A program made the translations under genes and the position numbers. Source: Desulfocapsa sulfexigens DSM 10523 (GTDB lineage Bacteria; Desulfobacterota; Desulfobulbia; Desulfobulbales; Desulfocapsaceae). From it: a DNA stretch of 32,000 bases. Under the pieces are notes generated by a model, which was not told the origin of the DNA, made no database searches, and saw only the letters and a program-made list of their open reading frames with translations. Below are positions 25,032 through 32,000 of the stretch, in pieces. Positions within the stretch are counted from its first letter, which is position 1; the number at the start of each line of letters is the position of its first letter. The stretch lies in NCBI RefSeq assembly GCF_000341395.1, contig NC_020304.1, positions 1,560,001-1,592,000 on the forward strand. Reading direction: 5' to 3'.

Positions 25032-26522
25032 ATGCAAACTGTCATTTCTATTGGTCCTTTTTTTACGGAGAAAATAGTGCAGGAAACATTAATTGGCTTC
25101 GGTCTTATTGGATTTGTTTTTGGGCTTGTTTCTTTTTTCAATTCACGCCGCATGGTAACGCAGGTGAGGACTGTGACCCAAAACACTAAGGCTCTCGCAA
25201 AGGGAAATTTAACTCAGGATAGCTTACAGGCTAACCAGGGAAAACATTCACCTCTTAAAATAGCCTTCACTGAACTCTGTGGAAGCTGGGGGCAAACGTT
25301 TCGCAATGTGCAGGGCAATATATCCACTTTAGGTGCGACTTCTGGAGTAATGAGTAGCGCATCCGATGAATTAACCGACAGTACCAAAGAATTGTATGAA
25401 CTCACAGACAGCGTCGCTGTGGCTGCTGAAGAAATGAGTTCCAATATGAATGCTGTTGCTGCTTCAATGGAGCAATCAAATACGAATGTTTCCATGGTTG
25501 CAGCAGCAACTGAAGAAATGACTTCAACGATAAACGAAATTGCTGATAACTCGGGCAGGGCACGTTCGATCACCCAAGAGGCTGTTATAGAGGCGGAGAA
25601 GGCATCGTTGAGTGTTGGACAACTCAGTCAAGCTAGCCAGGAAATAAACAAGGTCACAACTGCAATAGAGGAAATTTCCAAACAGACCAATTTGCTCGCC
25701 CTCAACGCAACCATTGAAGCAGCACGGGCAGGTGAAGCAGGTAAGGGCTTTGCAGTGGTCGCCAACGAAATAAAAGATCTCGCTAAACAGACCCATGAAT
25801 CAACGCAGGACATCAAAAAACAGATTGACGGGATACAGCAAACGACAATGGAGGCAGTGAGGCGTATCAGCACGATTTCGCAAACGATTATATCTGTGAG
25901 CGATTTAGTGCAAACAATTGCGATATCTGTTGAACAGCAGGCAACTGCAAGTGTTGAAATTTCAACTAATATTTCTCAGGCGTCCATAGGTATGCAGGAG
26001 ATCAGTGAAAACATTTCTCAAGCCTCGGTGGTTAATCAACAAGTAACAAAAGATATCGTTACTGTAAAAGACACCACTGATCAGATTACCAATCGCTGCC
26101 TGGAGGTGAAGGCATATGCGCATGAGCTCAATGAGTTGTCTCACACAATGAGTGACTCTGTCGGCCATATTGATATTGGCCCACCGCTTTTTGATATCGG
26201 TCTCATAAAAACAGCCCACCTCAACTGGAAGATTCAGCTTGAAGCAGTTCTGGAGGGACGGAAAACTATGCATGTCGACCAGGTAAGCGATCACCATAAC
26301 TGCGCATTAGGGCAATGGTATGATACAATTCAGGGGGAATTTACTACAAGCCCACTTTTCAAAAAGATTGAATCCCCTCACAAAGCGGTACATGCCACTG
26401 CCAAGGAAATCGTCAGTCTTTACAACCAGAAAAAAACAAAAGCAGCCCAGGCAAAACTGGAGAATTTTGAAGCAGCCAGGAAAGAGCTTTTCAGATTACT
26501 TGATGAACTGTATCTCTCTTGA
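25032..26522 (+). CDS. Methyl-accepting chemotaxis protein with a C-terminal CZB (chemoreceptor zinc-binding) domain and no periplasmic sensor
   Basis: It has a single N-terminal TM helix and a HAMP-like ALAKGNLTQ. The MCP hairpin tip is [34 protein letters not shown]. The CZB motifs are KTAHLNWK...[10 protein letters not shown]...[10 protein letters not shown] (aa ~388-492). Confidence 0.9.
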   Translation: MQTVISIGPFFTEKIVQETLIGFGLIGFVFGLVSFFNSRRMVTQVRTVTQNTKALAKGNLTQDSLQANQGKHSPLKIAFTELCGSWGQTFRNVQGNISTLGATSGVMSSASDELTDSTKELYELTDSVAVAAEEMSSNMNAVAASMEQSNTNVSMVAAATEEMTSTINEIADNSGRARSITQEAVIEAEKASLSVGQLSQASQEINKVTTAIEEISKQTNLLALNATIEAARAGEAGKGFAVVANEIKDLAKQTHESTQDIKKQIDGIQQTTMEAVRRISTISQTIISVSDLVQTIAISVEQQATASVEISTNISQASIGMQEISENISQASVVNQQVTKDIVTVKDTTDQITNRCLEVKAYAHELNELSHTMSDSVGHIDIGPPLFDIGLIKTAHLNWKIQLEAVLEGRKTMHVDQVSDHHNCALGQWYDTIQGEFTTSPLFKKIESPHKAVHATAKEIVSLYNQKKTKAAQAKLENFEAARKELFRLLDELYLS

Positions 26523-26930
26523 TAGGATTCATTAATAATGGGTATGGAGTCATGAACATCAAACACAAAGAACTGGTGGCGTAGGCGTTAGCACATATAG
26601 CAAAGATATCATCCTCCCAAGGAGCTTTGTGATTTTATTGAAACAGCTGAAACTTATTTGTTCGTCAAACCTGAACTATGGTGTATGAATGAATTGTGCG
26701 TATCTCTACAAACTCAACGATGATGATGTTTCGCTATGTTATTGTGAGCTCAGGAGAAAACTATTCGAGTGATATGATTTTTAGATCTTTTGGCCCACCA
26801 TTATCTCGATAACGGTTTCCTCTCGAGTTTACATCCTAAGCCAGACATACTGTCGGTCAGTGTGTTGTAGACATGGCGATGGTTTTGCAATATTCGATAA
26901 CTTTTTTCTCAATCAGTAAGTTGTGCGGGC

Positions 26931-27410
26931 TTGGATGCCACCATTGAGGCTGCCAGGGCTGGAGAGGCCGGAAAGGGTTTTTCGGTGGTAGCCAATGAAA
27001 TCAAAGAACTGGCCAAGCAGACAGCGGCTGCAACCGGTGAGATTTCCGCAAAGGTTCATTCGATCCAGGGTTCCACCAATCCCACGGTTAAACAGATCCA
27101 GCAGATTACTCAGGTCATTGGGGAGGTTAGTGCAGTTGTCGCTTCCATTGTTACTGCTGTTGAGGAAAAATCAACAACAACCACAGAGATAGCGGAGAGT
27201 ATCAGTCAAGCCTCGATTGGTATCCAGGAAGTGACTGAAAATGTTGCTCAGGTATCAATTATTGCTGGTGATGTGGCCCAGGATATCGCCGAAGTCAACC
27301 AGGCATCCGAATCCATCTCTCAAGGGAGTAGTGATGTAAAGGTAAAATCTGGAGAACTTAGTTCTCTTGCAACACAACTGCAAGGACTGGTCAGCCGCTT
27401 TTGCTTGTGA
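26931..27410 (+). pseudogene. 5'-truncated methyl-accepting chemotaxis protein (C-terminal half of the signalling domain only)
   Basis: The ORF begins inside the invariant hairpin-tip motif (..[31 protein letters not shown]) and ends with a normal MCP C-terminus (LQGLVSRFCL). Upstream the frame is closed at TAA 26898, and the 400 nt before it have stops in all frames. Confidence 0.6.
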
Positions 27411-27523
27411 TTGAAAGAGATCAGCTGAAGGACTTAGTCCCGCACGGATATGCGGAGGAGGATGAGAGAAAACTGGATACTCGTGATGTTAATTACAAAC
27501 AACGCAAAAAAGGATTGGTTACA

Positions 27524-27943
27524 ATGAGTCAGATAAAATGGAGCGATTCAATGAGTGTCAACAATGCTGTACTTGATGCCCAGCATAAAGAATGGATCGC
27601 AATTTATAATAGAATGGACAACATCCTCCTTCATGGAGAGCTTGGTCAACTGGACAATGCTGTTATTGATGCTTTTAAGGCGATGCAGGAATATGCCAGT
27701 TATCACTTCCGGCAGGAAGAAGAGTATATGGAAGAGATTGGTTACCCTGACCGGGTGATGCACAAGAGGATGCATACAGATTTTGACGATCAGCTCTATA
27801 ATTATAGCAAAGAGATTCGGAGGGGGGATTTGGTTTTAGGCACCGAGGTGATGAGCATCCTCAAAAACTGGCTGTTGAACCATATTATGCGTGAAGACCA
27901 GCAATATTGTGTCTTTTTGACTCAGAAGGAAGCCGATGCTTAA
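27524..27943 (+). CDS. Bacteriohemerythrin (hemerythrin-like metal-binding protein)
   Basis: 139 aa from ATG 27524, with an AAGGA SD about 10 nt upstream. The opening is IKWSDSMSVNNAVLDAQHKEW, and the His/Glu/Asp ligand motifs are YHFRQEEEYM, HKRMHTDF and WLLNHIMREDQQY. The ORF-track start at 27401 would add 41 non-homologous residues. Confidence 0.88.
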   Translation: MSQIKWSDSMSVNNAVLDAQHKEWIAIYNRMDNILLHGELGQLDNAVIDAFKAMQEYASYHFRQEEEYMEEIGYPDRVMHKRMHTDFDDQLYNYSKEIRRGDLVLGTEVMSILKNWLLNHIMREDQQYCVFLTQKEADA

Positions 27944-28021
27944 AGATTTATGTTCTTTACAAAGTGATTCTTTAATTTTCTCGTTACCCCTTTCTAACAT
28001 AAAACTTCATGACATTTTTAC

Positions 28022-31000
28022 TTGCCGATCAAAAATAAGCAAATCATGGCTGAGAGCACCCCGATACAGAAGTGTAAAGAGAAAAAAATCCCGGAAAGAA
28101 GCCTGCGTCTTCTTATGGGCAGGCTCAAGATCGATCAAAATCGATACGGGATCAAAAAGAAATTAATTTTCGTTATCTGCCTGTTCCTGACGGTCCTGCT
28201 TGGGCTGATTGCTCTTTTTACCTCTTATTATTTCAGGCAGGCCACCCGTACCCTGCTCCTGGAGCAGCAAACTCTTCTTGTGTCAACCATGGCTCACGAA
28301 TTGGATGAGTATATTACCTCAACTCAGGATGTGCTGGTACAGTTCTCAAAGAAATTCTCCCCGACTGTTTTTGCAGACCCTCAGGCTGATAGGAATTTTT
28401 TGGAGAATCATGACTTACAAAAAAAGCTTTTTTCATACGGTTTGTTTCTGCTTGATGACCAGGGAACCCCCGTTTTTTTCAATGGTAAGATATCTTATGT
28501 GGCGGGGCCTGAATTTTTCAGCGACATTTTCAGCGCAACCCGTAAAAGTAATAAACCGTGCATCTTTATGCCAAAACTGTGCCCTGTAACTCAGCATCCC
28601 ATCGTCATAATGACCGCTCTTTTCTACGATAAGAACGGAAAGGTCAAAGGAGTGGTGGGCGGTGTGATAGATCTGCTGGGCGAGCAGAATGTTTTTAGCA
28701 ATCTGTTAACTATGAAAATTGGAAAAACGGGTTATCCTTACCTGTTTGCGCCGGATCGAACCATGATCCTGCATCCTGTTGCATCCCGCATCATGAAAAA
28801 AGATGTTGAACCTGGGAAAAACATACTGTTTGACCGGGCTCTTACCGGGTTTGAGGGAGCGGGGGAAACCGTGAACTCCAGAGGACTGCATACATTCGTC
28901 GCCTTCAAACATCTCGAGAGTACCGGCTGGATATTGGCGATCAATTATCCCGTTGCCGATGCTTTCTCATCTATCCGGTCGTATTTTGTTTATTTCCTTG
29001 TGGGAATGATCACGATTTTGCTCTTGAGCACCCTGCTGGCCCTTAGAATTGCTGATAAAATTATCAAGCCGCTACTTGAACTCACGGCTCAAGCAGAGAA
29101 GATCAGTCGTATCACACAACACAGTACACTTACCACAGATTTAACTCTTTTTCAGCAGTACAGCGGTGAAATAGGCACGCTGGCAACAGCTTTCAATACA
29201 ATGTTGCAGCAGTTACAGCAGCGAATGTCCGAGTTTGAGCTAAATCTGCAGGTGGTTTTTGATCACACGGATAAAGGTATTATCATTCATGACCAAGAGG
29301 GCAGGATCCTGGCAGCGAACCTTCCAGCCCAACATCTCTTTGACTGTGACGAGTCTACGATGTCTTCTCTGACAGTGCTGGATCTGTCTGCTGAAAGCGT
29401 TGACAAACATGCTGCTTTATCTCAGATAATACAACGAATTCAGGACGGAGAAACCCTTATTCTCCCCTGGCGTTGCCAAAGATTGGCCGATAGAAGTAAA
29501 TTTGATGCCGAAATATATTATACTCCTATCATCTGGAATAATGAGCCCGTTTTAATGGGGATGATTGAGGACATAACCGAGAAAAAGGAACAAAATGCCC
29601 TGATCCATCGTCTTTCTACTGCTCTTGAGCAGAGTGCCAATGTCATCGTTATTACTGACAGAGATGGTGTAATTGAATATGTCAATCCCAGTATGGAGGA
29701 GATAACTGGTTACAGTGTTGCTGAGGTCATTGGTAAAACACCACGAATACTCAAGTCAGGGACACACCCACCTGAATTCTATGAGGAACTTTGGGCAACA
29801 ATTAAAGCCGGAAAATCCTGGCGAGGCGAGATCTGCAACAAACATAAAGACGGCCATTTCATCTGGGAGAGTACTGTCATTACCCCTATTATTGAAAATC
29901 AAAAAATCACTCACTTTGTAGCGATAAAAGAAGATATAAGCCAGCGCAAGATTCATGAACAGGAACTCTATCGTCAAGCTAATTATGACAAACTGACCGG
30001 GCTTCCCAATCGTAATCTTCTCAATACATATTTTAATGATATCATGGCTGATTTCACGACGGGCTCCGAGAAACTTGTCCTTATGCTGATGGATCTGGAT
30101 GATTTTAAAACTGTTAATGATTCACTGGGGCACTCCGTTGGCGACTCCCTCCTGCAAGCTGTAGGCGAGCGGTTAAAAGACTGTATATACCAAGAGGATA
30201 TGCTTGTCAGAATGGGGGGAGATGAATTTGTCATAGTTCCACGGCATATATGTACCAATGACCATATAGAGGCCATGGCGTCCCATGTTCTGGATAGTTT
30301 TATTGCACCGTTTGATCTCCAGGAGCAGGAAGTATTTATCACGGCCAGTATAGGGATAGCTGTATTTCCCGAGGATGGGGAAACATTGGAGGAACTCTTG
30401 CGCAATGTTGATTCCGCCATGTATCAGTCCAAAAACAAGGGACGCAATACTGTGGAGCGCTACAGTGGGCGGTTAAGCGAGGCTTTAAACGAAAAGCTGC
30501 GCTTAACAGCTATGCTGCGACGTGCCCTGGAACAGAAGGAATACCTTCTGTACTACCAGCCACAGCAGGAGCTGGCAACGGGCAAGGTAGAGTGTTTTGA
30601 AGCATTATTACGTTGGCAGCCACAAAGTGAGGCGATGATTTTTCCCGATAAATTTATTCCTATTCTTGAAGAAACGGGCATGATCGTGTCTGTGGGAGAA
30701 TGGGTGCTACGGGAGGTGTGTTTCCAGGTGACGTGTTGGCAAACAAAAGGTATTGCCATTCAACATGCCTCGGTGAATGTTTCACTCAGACAGTTTCAGC
30801 GGCCTGATATCGTAAAAGAGTTGCTCTCTATTGTCACTGAGAGCGGCGTTGATCCTTCTATTATCTGTCTTGAGCTTACAGAGAGCATAATGATGGATAA
30901 TTTCAGAGAAAACCTGCATAAATTGCAAGCATTACGAACGGCTGGGTTTTCTGTTTCTATTGACGATTTTGGCACAGGTTACTCGTCTTTAAATTATCTG

Positions 31001-31306
31001 CGGCGCATGCAGATTCAGGAGTTGAAGATTGACCGTTCATTTATCAATGCGTTATCAGAAGACACAACTCTGGTAAACGCCATCCTCGGTATGGCCCGAG
31101 GTCTTGGGTTGAGGATTGTGGCGGAAGGTGTGGAAACCGAGGAACAGAAAAGTTTTCTAAGAGCTCATAACTGCGAATTCATGCAAGGATACCTGCTGAG
31201 TCGTCCACTTCCGGCTGAACAATTTGAGGCCTTTATCCTTTCCCTTGGGGCTGCGACAACCGACAACCCGCAACAACTTAAAAAAAACGTTAAAATTAGC
31301 AGATGA
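28022..31306 (+). CDS. Cache-HAMP-PAS-PAS-GGDEF-EAL c-di-GMP signalling protein
   Basis: It has a TM helix, a periplasmic Cache-like domain, a second TM helix and a HAMP domain. Two PAS domains follow. The GGDEF domain reads RMGGDEFVIV. The EAL domain is intact (EALLRWQ, ELTES, DDFGTGYSSL, KIDRSF, EGVETEEQ, QGYLLSRP). The likely start is ATG 28046 rather than TTG 28022. Confidence 0.92.
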   Translation: MPIKNKQIMAESTPIQKCKEKKIPERSLRLLMGRLKIDQNRYGIKKKLIFVICLFLTVLLGLIALFTSYYFRQATRTLLLEQQTLLVSTMAHELDEYITSTQDVLVQFSKKFSPTVFADPQADRNFLENHDLQKKLFSYGLFLLDDQGTPVFFNGKISYVAGPEFFSDIFSATRKSNKPCIFMPKLCPVTQHPIVIMTALFYDKNGKVKGVVGGVIDLLGEQNVFSNLLTMKIGKTGYPYLFAPDRTMILHPVASRIMKKDVEPGKNILFDRALTGFEGAGETVNSRGLHTFVAFKHLESTGWILAINYPVADAFSSIRSYFVYFLVGMITILLLSTLLALRIADKIIKPLLELTAQAEKISRITQHSTLTTDLTLFQQYSGEIGTLATAFNTMLQQLQQRMSEFELNLQVVFDHTDKGIIIHDQEGRILAANLPAQHLFDCDESTMSSLTVLDLSAESVDKHAALSQIIQRIQDGETLILPWRCQRLADRSKFDAEIYYTPIIWNNEPVLMGMIEDITEKKEQNALIHRLSTALEQSANVIVITDRDGVIEYVNPSMEEITGYSVAEVIGKTPRILKSGTHPPEFYEELWATIKAGKSWRGEICNKHKDGHFIWESTVITPIIENQKITHFVAIKEDISQRKIHEQELYRQANYDKLTGLPNRNLLNTYFNDIMADFTTGSEKLVLMLMDLDDFKTVNDSLGHSVGDSLLQAVGERLKDCIYQEDMLVRMGGDEFVIVPRHICTNDHIEAMASHVLDSFIAPFDLQEQEVFITASIGIAVFPEDGETLEELLRNVDSAMYQSKNKGRNTVERYSGRLSEALNEKLRLTAMLRRALEQKEYLLYYQPQQELATGKVECFEALLRWQPQSEAMIFPDKFIPILEETGMIVSVGEWVLREVCFQVTCWQTKGIAIQHASVNVSLRQFQRPDIVKELLSIVTESGVDPSIICLELTESIMMDNFRENLHKLQALRTAGFSVSIDDFGTGYSSLNYLRRMQIQELKIDRSFINALSEDTTLVNAILGMARGLGLRIVAEGVETEEQKSFLRAHNCEFMQGYLLSRPLPAEQFEAFILSLGAATTDNPQQLKKNVKISR

Positions 31307-31454
31307 GCGCATGTACCAAGATAAGGCGTCACGAAAAGCAGGCAAAATGGTGTTATGAGTCGGCCAAGGCTTTTACCAAAGGAAAATACATCCTGTGCCT
31401 TCTCCAGTCCACGACCTTTGGTGAATCGGGAAAAATGTCTTTGTAAGAATTTGG

Positions 31455-32000
31455 ATGATGGCTGGTAAAACGAACATAGCGTTTTCGGTGCTCTTCTTTG
31501 TTGTCCTTTTTGGGGGCACCGAGGCTGTCCAGCAGGTTGAAGCCCATCCTTTGGGCGGAGTGCTACAAAAAACCGTGCTCTCTGATCTCACTAACGCCGT
31601 TCTGATAGAATACAACACCCATATTGGATCGGAAGTGGTATTGACTTTGCATCCAGACAAAAATTTTGACGGGGCCCTGGACGAGAAAGAAACGGCTCAA
31701 TTCCTCGATCGTGTCAATTATCTTCTTCTTGGAAATATTACCTGTCGGGTGGGAAAGAGAGAACTTGCGCTCCAGGAGATGAACAGACAGCTAACCCTCG
31801 AAGATCCTGCAGATTTTAAAAACGGTCTGAACGTTCAATTTACCTGGCGTGTTTCGTTGATGGAAGACGGCAAGTTACCCAAGGGCCTTTTCAGCATTAA
31901 AGACAACAACTTCAGGGCGGGCGAGTTGAACCGACTCAATTACTTTGTGACTGTCCTGGGTGATAGCGGCCAAACGACCCTTGCCGATGAGGGACGGGAA
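31455..32000 (+). CDS. Secreted hypothetical protein, 5' partial view (runs off the window)
   Basis: The frame is open from ATG 31455 to the window end (182 codons, no stop). The N-terminus MMAGKTNIAFSVLFFVVLFGGTEAVQQVEA looks like a Sec signal peptide. It is absent from the ORF track only because it has no stop in the window. The minus-strand ORFs 31353-31660 overlap it and are probably antisense artefacts. Confidence 0.55.
   Translation, partial: MMAGKTNIAFSVLFFVVLFGGTEAVQQVEAHPLGGVLQKTVLSDLTNAVLIEYNTHIGSEVVLTLHPDKNFDGALDEKETAQFLDRVNYLLLGNITCRVGKRELALQEMNRQLTLEDPADFKNGLNVQFTWRVSLMEDGKLPKGLFSIKDNNFRAGELNRLNYFVTVLGDSGQTTLADEGRE

Noticed and set aside
31353-31660. Minus-strand ORFs 31353-31547 and 31373-31660
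   Set aside because: They overlap each other and lie antisense to a longer open plus-strand frame that has a convincing signal peptide. They have no motifs.

Overview
No tools were used. All domain calls come from motif recognition by eye on the supplied translations, so family names are hypotheses until an HMM or BLAST search confirms them.

The window looks like chromosomal DNA of moderate GC. The gene content (DcrH-like MCP/hemerythrin, DUF3365 heme-c sensor, many PAS proteins) suggests an anaerobic deltaproteobacterial/Desulfobacterota-type organism, but this is inference only.

Layout:
- (i) 1-4.9 kb is housekeeping: AI-2E permease, ilvE, groES-groEL and tRNA-Met(CAT), with clear promoter and terminator signals.
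- (ii) 4.9-8.9 kb is a decayed accessory patch starting directly 3' of the tRNA. It holds a class III cyclase-FHA fusion, a broken metallophosphoesterase followed by a degenerate copy of the tRNA 3' end, a nitroreductase, two small proteins, and a BrnT/BrnA-like TA module with a degraded toxin.
- (iii) 9.0-12.7 kb is a minus-strand array of OmpR-type RR, HK, RluA pseudouridine synthase and a translationally coupled Cys-rich 287-aa protein of unknown function.
- (iv) 13.2-15.7 kb lies divergent from that two-component system. It holds an MCR/EptA-like phosphoethanolamine transferase plus a PAP2 phosphatase, preceded by an 11-bp-phased tandem repeat that looks like a response-regulator box.
- (v) 16-31.3 kb is a co-oriented signalling supercluster. 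In order: a heme-c sensor with an orphan Cys4 C-terminal module, a GGDEF cyclase, a ParE remnant, a 5TMR-LYT hybrid kinase, a REC-less PAS-LuxR regulator, a CZB chemoreceptor, a 5'-truncated MCP plus stand-alone hemerythrin, and a Cache-PAS-GGDEF-EAL protein.
- (vi) A signal-peptide protein runs off the 3' edge.

No CRISPR array, rRNA gene, intact IS element or integrase was seen.

The most interesting items are the RluA + Cys-rich (deaminase-fold-like?) gene pair, the sensor ending in an IPICxxC...HGxCxxC module with no known output domain, the mcr-like eptA-pap2 cassette with its candidate operator, the tRNA-flanked decayed islet, homopolymeric C tracts in promoter regions, and the split MCP/hemerythrin locus.
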